From NCBI GenBank assembly GCA_964016885.1, contig OZ024743.1, forward strand, positions 296,546,001 through 296,610,000: a DNA stretch of 64,000 bases, given 5' to 3'. The first letter of the stretch is position 1. Each line of letters begins with the position of its first letter. The notes below the pieces were generated by a model that had not been told where the DNA came from, ran no database searches, and saw nothing but the letters and a program-made list of their open reading frames with translations. Shown piece by piece: positions 1 through 14,400 of this stretch. The position numbers and the translations under genes were made by a program. This DNA is from Eledone cirrhosa (lineage: Eukaryota).

Positions 1-229
1 CTTCTTTAAGCCCAAGGCTATAACAAGACTTGATCGTAGTATAAACAGTCAGTTTATATAGGAATAGCAACAACCTAGTTATAGAATAAATGATGTGGAA
101 ATGCAATGAAGAGAAGATGGGGTCAAGCAAACCGAATGTTAGTAAGAATGAGCTGAAGTATCGAGGTCAAGCCGATCACGGTGATGAACGGGTCAGTGAA
201 TTCAATTCATGAATAATGTTGCTCTTTTC

Positions 230-1665
230 CAGGGGCCTCGTTTGCCTTAAAAATGTGAGGGGGACAAACCAACATTTGTTGGGGCATTTTAGTATTACTT
301 ATGGTGTCTTTCCTGAACCCTATCACAGAAGTAAAAATTTCTTTACGCTAATTAAATTTTATATATTCAAATGAAGTTCAGATATAAAAAAAAATAAGCT
401 TAAAAAGTATTTATTATATCAAATAAACAAAAAATAAAACATAGACGTTTGAATAAAAATCATATAAAGTAAATTTATTGTCTTTTAGAACTTTCCAAAT
501 GTATCATATCTCGCATCATTGCTGTCAATAAATAATTTAGCAACTTCTTCACAACTAATCTTTTTCAAAACATCTCTATGAACGTGGCATATTAGAATAT
601 GATTCAACCTTTGCTGAGTCATGGTCGATCGCAACCAAGTTTTGAGTCTCTGCAGAGCGCTAAAAGATCTTTCAGCTTCACAAGAACTGGTTGGAAACAT
701 TAAAAGTAGCCTGAGCAATCGCTCAACATTTAGAAACATGCGACGGACTTCTAGTTGCATTTCACCGAATATTTTACGATGATCCTCGAGAGATGATCCA
801 CTATGATGATTTCTATAAAAGGGTATTTCGTTCCTTAAAGAAAATTCATGAAGCTCTGGATACTGCATGATCACTTCAGCACAAACATTTCCATTGAGTA
901 AAATATTGCTCAGTTTTTCATAATCTGCTAAATCCTGTGAAAAAAATAATATTTCAAATTTTATATTGCAGTATCCGCTACCTGCAAATACTGCACTCTG
1001 TAATGATCCAAAGCAGTGCGGTGTTGATATTTTAACGCATTTCCTTCCTGGTATCTTTTAGGAACTTTTTGTTGCCTGGGTAGCTCCAAAGGAGAAATAT
1101 CGAGTTGATAAATCATTTTTTTTCTGCTGTATTGAACAGCTCCTGAAATTGTTCTTCACTGCGTAGATATTTTAGCTCCTCCTGCACCAGTTTGACACTA
1201 TGCAATATGCTACCTAGATTAAAGGTAGTACTTTGAAAAGATTTCTTCAATCCTTCAAGGAATTGAAGTAATGGAACTACAAAGTGCAATCCAAGAACAC
1301 ATTGGCCCGGAGAGTGACACGTAAGAATAACATTAGCTCTGGACGCAATGTTGGTGCCAAACTCATTTGTTGCCTCTTGTAAAGAAATAGGGACATCTGA
1401 ATAATTGTCAAGAAGGGCTTTGACTGCAGAAAGCCGTGTTAGCCATCGAGTAGGGCACACAGGTGTTAAGGAGCGTGGTGACGATACTTCATTTCTTCAT
1501 CATGTTGTGATAAATACGCTTGCTTAAATTTCCCTGATGTACTATATAGTTTCCGCAATTCATTCACGTAATCTAGAACAGTTTTGATAAGTGAAGCTTG
1601 TTGTACGGACTTAGTTATAATAAGTTGAGAAATATGAATGCCGCAGTGCACGTAATGGGCCAAAT
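230..1665 (-). pseudogene. Degraded hAT-superfamily transposase and one probable element end
   Basis: Broken ORFs 1466-1663 (YVHC), 1113-1460 (CPTRW) and 485-874 (FPTSSCEAERSFSALQRLKTWLRSTMTQQRLN, hAT C-terminal dimerisation motif). CAGGGG at 230 resembles a hAT terminus; the partner end was not found. Confidence 0.85.
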
Positions 1666-2161
1666 CAAGTTATGTTAGAATCTTTAAAAAGATCTTTAAA
1701 AAATACCCGTACGAATTAAATAGAAAAAAAGCTTCAGTCCAAAACAAAAGCAAACTATTTCAAATTATATATTTTTGAAAAATAGACGTGAATGTTCTCA
1801 AAGACTTGATTTCAGTCGAAAAAGCTTTTTTTTAAATTCTATATTTCACTGTTAGCTGTTGTAATATTTTGATTGGGTAAACAATTCTACAATTCAAACT
1901 GTAAAGTCAAAATACAAAAGATGTAAAATATGAAGAATTTCTTACCTTTCTCTGAAATCACAAACACAGGGGAAAAACAGTACCTTGCAAAATAAAATAC
2001 CTCGTAGCAAAATAAAATACTTAGCAATGAATGAATTGAGAAGCTTGGTGATAGTGAGAAAGTAGTATTTGTATCCCTTATATATATATATACATAGATA
2101 GATTCACAGACACACACAAAACACATAGACGCGCACGCACACACGCACACACACACACCCG

Positions 2162-2263
<102 letters not shown>

Positions 2264-2998
2264 TAAAGTTAGTCCTTCATCAGTGATCTTCCAACCATCA
2301 TTGGTATTTCATCGCTTTAAAGACCATATACCTCCGGTTGGTGCGAGCAACGGCTAAAAAAAAGTCGTTGGGACACGTAAATAAAGGGGACACGAGTGTA
2401 AACAAACAAAGATGGTGAAGCAACGAAAAGTGAGGAAGAAGGAGTCAAGTCCCAAATTTCTATGAATTTAAATTCGGTGAAATCGTGAACGAGAGAGAAT
2501 AAAAACCATCAAACCTGGTTGGAATGTGAGCAAGGAAGGAATTCCGTACAGGTCTAACGGGAGGAAGAAGGGATCTAGTCTGTGAATTCGGTGAACGTAA
2601 GTTCTGTGAAATCGTAGACGAGAGAGAGAAAAAAAGCGACCTGCCAGACCAAGGGTGCGAAAGAAAAGAATTACGCACAGGTCAAACGGGAAGAAGGAGG
2701 AGGAGGAGAAGTAGTAACAGAGAATGAGTGAGTGAAGGGTGAGGAAGAGGCTAACAGAGAGAGTGACTGCTAGAGAGGGTAAAGATACAGAGAAAGAGGA
2801 AGCAGTAAGAACGAAATAGACGGGTCACAGCGGGGAAAAAAAATATGTGTAAATATACATACACACACACACATTTGTGTGCGTGTGTGTGCCTTGGTTT
2901 GGGTACAGAAAGAATTTTGTCTACACTTTTTATTGCCAGGTCAAAAGCCACTGCTCTTTTCAGCAACGCCAAATAACAACGCTCCACACACACACACA

Positions 2999-3044
<46 letters not shown>

Positions 3045-3182
3045 ACTTTTGTCTGTCTCTGGACTACGCCCATGCTGGAGCATCACCTTGGTAAGTTATG
3101 GGGACGTCAACAAATCAACAAGCATTGGTGGGAGGGCAAACACAAACGCAAAGACACACACAGACATATATACATATGTACG

Positions 3183-3294
3183 ACGGGCTTCTTTTAGTTT
3201 CGATCTATCAAATCCACTCACAGGGCTTTGGTCGGCTCGGGCAGTGGGACTGAACCCGGAAATATGTGGTTGGGAAACAAGCTTCTTGTCACAC

Positions 3295-3297
<3 letters not shown>
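3183..3297 (-). mobile_element. tRNA-derived SINE fragment (octopus OK-like)
   Basis: B-box-like GGGTTCAGTCCC on the minus strand and AAATCCACTCACAGGGCTTTGGTCGG body. Related decayed copies lie at about 25950-26110 and 28560-28830. Confidence 0.6.
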
Positions 3298-3383
<86 letters not shown>

Positions 3384-3389
3384 TATTAT

Positions 3390-3454
<65 letters not shown>

Positions 3455-3553
3455 TATACAAATGTATAAATGCATAGCTATATACATACGTAAATGTATG
3501 TATGTATATATGTATGTATGTAGATTTATATATATATGTATGTATGTATGTAG

Positions 3554-3616
<63 letters not shown>

Positions 3617-3619
<3 letters not shown>

Positions 3620-3855
3620 TTTCTGAATTTGTTTAGCAAGTTTCTTTATCTGAAATCGTGTGTTGAAACCGATATTGTTATACTTTGGGAGGGTCATGTT
3701 GCCAATAAGAAACACACGCACCAGTTGCTTTCACTTGCAACATCACAACTTACAATTAAGGACAAAATGAAAACACACACACACATAGAACAAACAACCA
3801 ACCAGTAACATGTAAATAAACAAATAAATAAATGAACATAAACACACAGAGATGT
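3617..3855. mobile_element. Miniature head-to-head derivative of the PLE at 31338-35843
   Basis: 3617-3736 matches 31338-31455 (minus-sense end). From 3737 it matches the plus arm from about 35289. TA runs flank both sides. Confidence 0.85.
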
Positions 3856-3859
3856 ATAA

Positions 3860-3944
<85 letters not shown>

Positions 3945-4647
3945 TAGCAAAATGAAATGTAGCAAAATGTTATGTAGCAAAGTAGGTGTTGCGTGGCGAT
4001 AGAAAGTGGAGTAGGTGTAGCGATGGATAGGATCGGTTTGAGTTTGTCGTTGTTCATTTAATCGTGGCAGACGTTGTAGCAGTTTGTGTTGTTGGCTTGA
4101 TGGGTAAATATGAAAAAGGTAAAACTTATCGCATGATAATGGGGTGTATGAATAGCCATTGAATGAACAAATAAAACATGATCGCTACTTGAAGAATTGT
4201 TAAGGAAATAGCTTACTTCGAAGCTATTGTTAATAAAACAGGAAAACAACAAAGAACCGAGTGAATTCTGTGTTATGTTGTTTTACGTCAATGTTGTAGT
4301 CTGACCAGGTGTATTAATCTAACCTTTAACGAAGTAGCCCAACCCTATCGATAGGGGGCTTGGAGTGTTTAGCTAAACGCTACATCTCTCTATTGCTTGA
4401 GCAACTTTAAGTGATCCTTCTCTTCCGAGAAACCAAAGTAGAATGACTTAAAGAAAATATTATCTACTTTTACATTAAATTGGCCAGTTTCTCCAGGCCA
4501 CTGGTGCCAACCCGAGATAAAAAAAAAAAAAAAAAGAAACAGCTCTGCGGTGTCGCTCAGAGGTGAATGAGTGTGGAGAGATTTCTCTCTCTCTATCTCT
4601 CTATCTATCTATCTATCTATCTATCTCTATCTCTCTTTCTCTCTCTC

Positions 4648-4711
<64 letters not shown>

Positions 4712-4717
4712 TATATA

Positions 4718-5100
4718 TCTTCTATCTTCTATATATATAAAAGTGAGGATGTGTGTGTGTGTCTGTGTACAACTTTGGATACCTAAGTCTTTTACAATTA
4801 CCAACCGAATTTGACCAAATTTTCTGTGCACGTTGCACAGGTCGCTAAGGTGATCACATCACAAAATTGTTCAAATAGACCCACGTTGAGCAATAAAAAA
4901 TCGATATCAAAATTATCGGTAGCAAAATTGATGTAAGGGAGATAACCAACTTTATTGACAATCCTTATCAAAAAGGGGAAATAACCAACTTTATTGACAG
5001 AAATATAAACATCAGATTCATTTGAAGATAAATCACTAATATTATCGTTTGTTTCTTGTTTATTCTTTGTTGCATTTCAAACCCCGGGTAAATCTGCTAG
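4718..5100 (+). mobile_element. Non-autonomous Helitron
   Basis: 5' TC(TTCTA)TATATATAA start, 3' CCCGGGTAAATCTGCTAG end, inserted between A and T, no TSD. Confidence 0.7.
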
Positions 5101-5172
5101 TATATATATATAAGTGTGTGCGTGTGGTTAATAAAATCGTTTACATGCATTTAGATTTTTATTGTGTATCAA

Positions 5173-5262
5173 CCTGTTACGCGCGTTTCGCAGAGGATTG
5201 GCTCAGGATCATCCATAGAAGTTATGGGCCCAACTCAATTATCGATCTGCTCTTCAGACTGG
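5173..5262 (-). ncRNA. Type I hammerhead ribozyme motif with long stem II
   Basis: Minus strand reads ccagt-CTGAAGA-gcaga...tctgc-GAAA-CGCGCG-TA-acagg, with a palindromic stem III. It sits in a ~160-bp segment between TA runs. Confidence 0.8.
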
Positions 5263-5355
5263 CGATGCGACTATATATATATCTCAACCCATGCCAAAAT
5301 AGAAAAGTTGACTTAATGTGATGAAAGCTGTGAAGTACAAATATTTACACACACG

Positions 5356-5451
<96 letters not shown>

Positions 5452-5454
<3 letters not shown>

Positions 5455-5617
5455 CGAAGGAAGTGTTGTAAGGAACCAGGTGGACCATAACAGACCAGAG
5501 TACTCGATACTTTGGGTAGTAGAGAAGGTAGTAGGAAAAAGGTCAAAACCAAGACGGCAGAGCTCAAGCCGTTTCGACAGCTATTTCTGGACGCGAAACA
5601 GTCCAGAAATAGCTGTC
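5452..5617 (-). mobile_element. TA-flanked fold-back element, family A (3' half of a hammerhead)
   Basis: Same family as 22201-22376, 31113-31279 and 48048-48183. Terminal hairpin GACAGCTATTTCTGGAC/GTCCAGAAATAGCTGTC. Confidence 0.75.
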
Positions 5618-5627
5618 TAAATACATA

Positions 5628-5800
5628 TCTACTTATATATATAACCAGCAATTTCTCTGTCTGTCTGTCCGACAGTGGAAACACGTGCGTAGAGAGAGAG
5701 TGAGAGTGAAATAAAGAGACAGACTACGAGAGGGGGATAGCGGGAGGGAGAGAGGGAGAGAGAGAGAGAGTGAATAGACGCTAAAACACGTGCTACAAAA
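5628..5800 (+). mobile_element. 5' part of a non-autonomous Helitron-like repeat
   Basis: A|TCTACTTATATATATAACCAGC start. The same head recurs at 6627; the 3' end was not located. Confidence 0.5.
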
Positions 5801-6626
5801 ACATTACCTTCCCCTCTCCACTGACTTTGGTCACTGAGGCCGAGGGAATCGCTGGTTGCTATAGAGACACCTTGCACAAGCCACAAGTAACCAGTTCGAG
5901 GCGGTTCTGACTTGATACCATGCGAAGAAGGTTGCCATTGAATTTGTGGTTGTTGCTGCTGATAATAAGGACCATTTGAAGAAGGTTGCTGCTAATGAGG
6001 TAATTTATTAATCAGATTGCGCAGTTCCATAACCTACGTTTGATTTGTTCAATTTTTTTCTTCAATTTTTTCTTTTTGTTTTTTTTATTTCTTATTGAAA
6101 AAATATAAATAATAAAATAAGGTTAAAAATTTAAATACGATTTAATTTCCATTTCCAGCAGCCAATGTCCAGTGTTCAATTTCATGAAAAAATTGGAAAT
6201 AATTCAAAAAATTGAAGTTTAACTTTTGAACATTTGTTTTGACAATAAAAAAATATTTCCTTATTCACACCTAATGGTATGATTAACATTTCATAGGAAT
6301 ATTTTTTCTAACCGCCAGTTATTTAAATATTATTAAAAGTAAATTTTTTTTAAAAAAGAATGGAAGATTTTGTGGATTTTTTTAACACCTTCCAAGCCTT
6401 AAACACTAATTCTCGCGAATTTGTGTTTTGTAATGACCCTCAGGACGCTGCTATTGTTGATTCCAATAGTGCCTGGTATTCGAATATGTTAGTATACAAA
6501 TTTTTGAATAAAATTAAGGCGCAATTAGAGCTGCCAAACAAAATTTTTTTCGGCTTCGGTCCATATTATATATATATATAATGGGGATGATGATGATGAT
6601 ATACATAGTTACATATGTATATGTAA

Positions 6627-7271
6627 TCTCCTTATAATATATAACCAGCAATTTCTCTGTCTGTCTGTCCGACAGTGGAAACACGTGCGCGCGTGGGAAT
6701 GTTTTTTGCGCACGTGTAGAGAGAGAGTGAGAGTGAAAGAAAGATACAGACTACGAGAGGGGGATAGCGGGAGGGAGAGAGGGAGAGAGAGAGTGATTAG
6801 ACGCTAAAACACGTGCGCGCGTGCGAATGTTTTTTTCGCACGCGTAGATAGAGAGTGAGAGTGAAAGAAAGAGACAGACTACAAGAGGGGGATAGCGGGA
6901 GGGAGAGAGGGGGAATTGAGGAGTGCTACAGAAACATATATACATTTCTGTGTGTGTGTAATATATATATATACACACACAGAAATATATATATATACAC
7001 ACAGAAATATATATACATTTCTGTGTGTGTAATATATGTATATATACACACAGAAATATATATACATTTCTGTGTGTGTAATATATATATATACACACAG
7101 AAATATATATACATTTCTGTGTGTGTAATATATATATATATATACACACAGAAATATATATACATTTCTGTGTGTGTAATATATATATATATATATACAC
7201 AGAAATATATATACATTTCTGTGTGTGTAATATACTAGCAGAAAACCACCCGGTGGGTGGTTTTCTGCTAG
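6627..7271 (+). mobile_element. Non-autonomous Helitron-like element with internal tandem repeats
   Basis: TC start, internal ~120-bp duplication (6685-6910), and a CTAG end at 7268-7271 directly abutting the next Helitron. Confidence 0.55.
6928..7232. repeat. Minisatellite of ~45-50-bp self-complementary units
   Basis: Repeated ACACACAGAAA-TATATATACA-TTTCTGTGTGT units, about 6-7 copies. Confidence 0.9.
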
Positions 7272-8577
7272 TCTCTCTATATATAAAACGGAAGTTGTCT
7301 GTTTGTGTGTGTGTATGATTTTTATGCATTTCCACATTTCTCTACCGATTTTGATGATTTTTTTTTCAAATGTGCTCCAAATTTACCAACGATGGTCAAC
7401 GCGTAAATGTCCTGCTTCTATGAAAAAATCGATAATACTAAATACATGCTGTAACCCTCTCTCTTACACGCTTATTCACTCTCTCTACTACCCAACAGCG
7501 ACAAAACTTCGTTCAGAAACGCGACATAAACTTTGAAAACTAAGCAACACATCATTTTATACAACAACAAACATAGTCATAACGCTCTCTCCGTCACTCT
7601 TCCCTCTATCTATAATAGATCATTCCCCCTCTCTATAATTTAACTGCTTTACTCTTTTCATGCTTTGAGGTTTAACACACCTCCCTATAGTTTCTTAGCT
7701 TTACTCTCTCCGTCGCTCTTCCCTCTCTCTATAATAGATTATTCCTCCTCTCTATAATTTAACTGCTGGGGGAGTCATTGGAGTTCTGTATTGACATACA
7801 GCTTTTCTGGGGTATTTTAAATCGGCTTATTGCAAATAACAACCCGCAAAATAACACTTCATATAACAGATTAATGCTATAGACATATCAATCGGAATGT
7901 TTAAATTATTTATTTATTTTTTACGACTTTCATTGGTTAAATATTAATATGACAACATCGATAGTGTTGTACTTCTGGCAATTCTGCCGGATACACTGCC
8001 AAGGATGAACCTTTTTCCCCTCGGCGTCAGATATCCCGTTCGATTTCCGGCGATCCCAATTCCCGGTGAGACCATGTTTTGCCATGTCCATTAACAAGTC
8101 ACAAGGGCAAACATTGTCGGTGGCGGGTATCCATTTGGGAGAGCCATGCTTCTCCCATGGCCAACTTTATGTTGCCTGTTCCCGCGTAGGGAGCAGGAAT
8201 GGACTTTTTGCTTACACTCCTCAAGGGATGACATGCAATATCGTCTACAAAGAGGTGCTATAGATGTTGGTGCAGGTGTTGGAGCTATGCCGTCTGGAAC
8301 ACTATTTCCTGGTCGGGTATCCCATGGCGGACAGATCTGACACCCAGCGGCATCAGGGCCACCATCTTGCAACTTTGGTCTGCTAAATTCGCTATTGGAA
8401 GATTAATAACCCATCATTGATTGTCCAAAATGTTAATTGGTTCGTAACTTTTAATAACCGGTTCAACTGCTTTATGCACTTAATTGATAAGCTTATTCGC
8501 TTTCAAGCCACATTTACCTGTATGTAACCTTTCATAGGAAATGAACAAACCCGAGCAACACCTGTCTAAACTGCTAG
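7272..8577 (+). mobile_element. Non-autonomous Helitron retaining the end of the RepHel gene
   Basis: TCTCTCTATATATAAAACGG start, CTGCTAG|T end at 8577, and an internal helicase fragment. Confidence 0.85.
8020..8263 (+). pseudogene. PIF1-like helicase C-terminal fragment of Helitron RepHel
   Basis: FPVRPCFAMSINKSQGQTL and FSHGQLYVACSRV motifs. Confidence 0.9.
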
Positions 8578-8636
8578 TATACATATATACATATACATAT
8601 ATAAATATACATACATATATATATATATGGTGTATG

Positions 8637-8695
<59 letters not shown>

Positions 8696-8698
8696 TTA

Positions 8699-8835
<137 letters not shown>

Positions 8836-8880
8836 TATGTGTGTGTGTATGTGTGTGTGAAAAAGGTAAGCAGAAATAAC

Positions 8881-8919
<39 letters not shown>

Positions 8920-9177
8920 CTATGTGTCAAGACAATGCGCTACCTGTAAGGTAGCAAGTTTGCATTTGTATGTGCGCCTCAATGTGTGTGTGTTCATGTA
9001 TGCCTATATGTGTATATATATATGTGTGTGTGTGTGTGTTTGCATATGTATATATGTGCGTGTGTGTGTTTGTGCTTGTAAGAAAAGTCAACAAGGAAAA
9101 AACACAGATCAATACAATACAATGATGATATATATTAGTATAACGATTGATATAGTAGGAAAAAGTATTTATTCATG

Positions 9178-9227
<50 letters not shown>

Positions 9228-9829
9228 CATACATACATACATACATACATACATACATACATACATACATACATACATACATACATACACAATGTGCTGT
9301 ACATCAAATGTGTTATTATAAGTCACTTTCTGAAAATCCTTGATGATTTCCAAATGAAGCCATACTTATTCACAAGAATATTATTTTACTGTCTTTTATA
9401 AAGCTGTTCTTTATATTTTATCACTTTTTAATTTTCTATTGAATCTCACCTATATTCTTCTTTTTCACCCGACGTTGCTTTGTTTTATGTTTTTCATCCT
9501 CACATGTCTCCTTCAACTATCTTCTTATTCCCAACAAGAAAATATTTTTCACGTCGAAGCATTTGAAATTCAACGAGTAATATTTATTTTGTGACTTTGG
9601 TAATAATAATTTTATCGTTTCTTTTGTCTTTAAATAACGATATTCATGTAACTTTGTAGCGAACACAAACACACAACTTCATCTCCTACAATACACACAC
9701 ACACGCGCGCGCTCGCTATATATATATATATAAAATATATATATATATATATATATATATTCATATATATATAAATAAATATATATACTTATATGTATAT
9801 ATACATATGTATATATATGTGTGTATATA

Positions 9830-9888
<59 letters not shown>

Positions 9889-9895
9889 GTATATG

Positions 9896-9985
<90 letters not shown>

Positions 9986-10060
9986 CACACACATGAAATA
10001 AGTTTCTGAAATATTGATATTCCAGCATTGCGCGCGTAGTTTGCGGATCAAGTGGTTTCT

Positions 10061-10146
<86 letters not shown>

Positions 10147-10371
10147 TCTCTCTCTCTTTCCCTCTCTCTCTCTTTCTCTCTCCACACAACGATCGGCTTA
10201 CCGAATTAGTCTTAGCTTTCAGACAGATGACTCAAGAATAACATAAACGAAATCATGAACAATAATATAAGGTATAACAAAGATAGATGATGATTAAAAA
10301 GTCATACACTAAACACATACAATAATAACAATAACAGCAACAATAACAACAACAACAACAACAATAATAAT

Positions 10372-10427
<56 letters not shown>

Positions 10428-11489
10428 GGGAAGAAGACGCACGAGGTGACGGAGGTCATGAAATCGCTCCCGTAAGTTTTGAATTTTTAACATATTTAAA
10501 TCATTTGTGAAATAACAACTCTTAGTACAAATGCTACGTAAAGCACCCGGCTTGAGCCCCAAAAAAATTCGGACCCAAAATATATTGTTATAAGGCTCAA
10601 ATATTCAAATATTCAACTTTGTATTGTACACTGTATATCCAAAAAAAAATAAAATGGCTATAAATGGAAGAAGAAGAACCCCCCCCCCCCTCCTCTCCTC
10701 TGGCTACACTATATAGGACAGCGAAACTCACCAACACCAGAAACTAGATACACCACCCACCCCATCATCTGTGTACACTAAACACAACAGCATTTTCACC
10801 TTCACCGCCACCGCTCACTACGGCCATCATTACCACCACTATCCCATCACCGCCGCCACCACCCCCTGACTCCTTCACTGCTGCTGCCACCGCTACAGCA
10901 CCATCACTACAGTAATACGGTCGCATCACCGCCACCACTGCCTCGGTATCGACATCACCACCACCACTGTCTCAGTATCGCCAACGCCGCCAGTCTCTGC
11001 TGGCTACCACTTCCACATTATAGAATTCCTACTACTAACAAAGAGGAAGGCATCAAAATATATAGATAGACTCAAAAGAAAAAAGAAAAAACAAACAACA
11101 AAAGCAGCACAGCAACAACAGTAAAAAACGAGAAAAACAGAGAAAAACAAAAACAAAAAAAGAAACCCCAAAAACGTAAAGAAAATAAGAATGAAGAGAG
11201 AAGCAGGCGGACGGACAGAGAAGAGGGGGGAAAAAGTAAAACTTAAAAAACAAAAACTAAGTCAGACATTCGAATACTACATTACAATGAAACTTATGCT
11301 TATTCATTTTTGGGGCCCTTTCTGCCCGTGTGTTTGTTTGTTTATGTGTGTCCGTATACAGCGTGGTGATAATGCCACACAAGGGCCAAGTGGGATGGCG
11401 GATCCACAGATGGCTATGTAAACATACATTCGCCAATCCTCGATAAGAGTGTTTAAATATCGAACATAAACAGTTCGAATAACGGTGAA

Positions 11490-14400
11490 ATGGAGACTAG
11501 AACGTCATGTGACAGACTCTCACCCAACAGGTGCCCCCTGGCTCAGCAGCAGGAACCTGACTGTCAACCAAATACTGCTGATGTTGGAGGAAGAAGAAGA
11601 AGGAAAGGGGCCAGAACCAACTGGACGAAATAATTGAATAGAACTGTTATGCAATGCTACCTGAAAAGTAACCCCAAGGAGAGGGGCTACAGGAGACGGA
11701 TGCATAACATCTGGAACGAGATTGGTTTATTTAAATTAGATGAACAAAAATTGGCCGGGCAGGCTCGGGTAATAAGAACTAATGGGTGGATAAGCGAGCT
11801 GGAACTGGAGGAACTGAGCAGAGAGAATGGCTTGGAGATGGCGGGTGTAGTATGCCAGACAAGCGAGCCGGCGGGAAATGAAGGTGAGGAGGTCCTGAGA
11901 ACGGAGGAACCACCCGAAGCAGACAATGATCTGAATACTGAGATAAATAATACCTGGAACAGAGATACGGCCACTGAGGAGATGAATGCTGACGGGCTAG
12001 GACAAGATTCGGTTGACATCCTAAATTTAGTGGTAGATGAGTTGAACAATGATAGTGGGAGACCTATGAACCTAAGATTTGTAGACAGGAAAAAGTTAAA
12101 AGAAACAACAGCTAAGGTAAACAAAGTCATCCCATACCTTGAGGCGAGGAGTCTTCACCAGTGCAACAATATCCTCAAAGCAACAGCAAATACGGTGAGG
12201 AAACTACTTGGTATAAAAGCGAGAGGAAACAACAGACAAGAAAGAGCAGAGCCGTGGTGGAAGAAGCGACTGAGTGGGCAAATCGGGGAAATGAGAAATG
12301 ACATAGGAAAGCTTGAGTCACTACTGAATGGGACACTAAAAAACATAGGCACTAAAAATAGACTGGAAATAAAATACAAAACTAGGAGTAAAAAGCTAAA
12401 TATTATCATAGAGGAATTGAAGCAACGCATTGTAGCAAAGAATGCCAAAATCAGGCGATACGAGAACAGAGTCAGTCAGTATAAACAGAACCGCATGTTC
12501 GACAACAACCAGAAGATGCTGTTTGGACAGCTTGAGGGGAAAGAAAGAGGCAACGACTTGATCCCTGGGGCGGAACAAGCTAAAACATTCTGGAGAGGAA
12601 TATGGGAGCAGGATGTTAGACACAATGCCCAGGCAGGGTGGATTGAGACAGTACAGAGGGAGATCGGTGAGCAGGCACAGCAACAGACTGATTTGAGTAT
12701 CACAGTTGAAACTCTTAAGGGGCAAGCCAAAAAACTAACCAACTGGAAATCACCAGGCCCAGATGGTGTGCAGGGGTATTGGATTAAACATTTAACATCC
12801 CTCCACCCGAACTGACGGCCATGTTCAATGACTGCTTGGTGTCGGGTGAGGTGCCAGAATGGTTGACAAAAGGTACCACAGTTCTGATAATGAAAGACCG
12901 AATCAAGGGTAATGATGTTACCAACTATAGACCTATCACATGTCTGCCCGTAATGTGGAAACTGTTGACGAGCATTGTGTCTGAGGAAATCTACCATCAC
13001 CTCCACACAAACAACTTGTTGCCGGACGAACAGAAAGGATGCCGAAAGAAGTCACGTGGTACAAAGGACCAGTTGCTTATTGATAAGATGGTAATGGGGA
13101 ATTGCAGGAGGAGACACACTGATCTTGCCATGGGATGGATAGACTACAGAAAGGCATTTGACATGGTGCCTCATTCCTGGATCACCAAAAGCCTGGAGAT
13201 CTTCAGGGTGGCAGATAACATCAGACAGTTGCTGGGCAGGAGTATGGGGTCCTGGGAGACAGAGTTGACATCAACTGGAGTACCCTTGGGAAGCGTGAAG
13301 ATCAAGAGAGGTATCTTCCAGGGAGATAGCCTGTCCCCTCTGTAGTTTGTCCTTGCCCTGATGCCCTTGACCATTATGCTGCGAAAAGTGAGAGCAGGAT
13401 ACAAGTTGGGAAGGGGAGAGCTTACCATCAATCACCTCCTCTTCATGGACGATCTTAAGCTCTTCGGGAAAAGTGAGAAGGAGTTGGATGTGCTTGTTGA
13501 CACTGTCCGTATTTTCAGCAGTGATATATGTATGCAGTTTGGTATTGGTAAATGTGGAGTCATTGTGATGAGGAGGGGTAGGTTGAGCAGAAGTAACGGG
13601 ATCCAGATACCAACAGGTGAGATGATAAAGGAAATTGACTCTGAGGAAGGATACAAGTATTTGGGCGTTCTGGAGGCTGATGGCATAAAGAACAAAAAAA
13701 TGAAGGAATTGTTAAGAACTGAATACATTCGGAGAGTAAGGAGCGTATTGAAGTCACATCTGAACAGCAGAAATGCCATAAGCGCAGTAAATTCCCGAGC
13801 TGTGTCTATTATTAGGTACAGTGCGGGAATTCTGAGATGGAATGTTGCTGAACAAAAAGAAATGGATAGGAAGACTAGGAAGCTATTGACTATCTACAAC
13901 ATGTTCCACAAGAGGAGTGATGTCGATAGACTCTACCTAAGGAGATCTGAGGGTGGAAGAGGTCTTATCAGCATAGAGGACTGTGTTCAGATGGAGAAAA
14001 ACAACCTATACAAATACGTGACCTATAGTAAGGAGCCAATGCTCAGAGCTGTACTGAAGGAGGGGACAGTAGGCCAGGGGATACCCAAGGAGGAAATAAC
14101 ATCAAGGAGGAAGAGCAGCCTTAAGGGAAAATCCCTTCATAGTACCTTCTTTGAGAAAACTGAATTTAGAGATCCACAGACATGGAACTGGTTGAGAAGA
14201 GGAGACCTCAAAAAGGCTACAGAAGGAATGCTAATGGCTGCGCAGGAGCAGGCCCTCAAAACGAAGTGGTTGAAGCACCATATCTACAAGGAGGAGGCTA
14301 GCCCACTGTGCAGGATCTGTGGAGAGAGAGAGGAGACTGTGGCTCACATTGTGTCCGAGTGTAAACACCTAGCCCAGACCCACTATAAGGGCTGGAGACA

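Noticed and set aside
11305-11430. HDV-like ribozyme at the Dong 5' end
   Set aside because: GGCCCTT/AAGGGCC pairs, but P2-P3 adjacency, the L3 motif and P1.1 could not be assigned.
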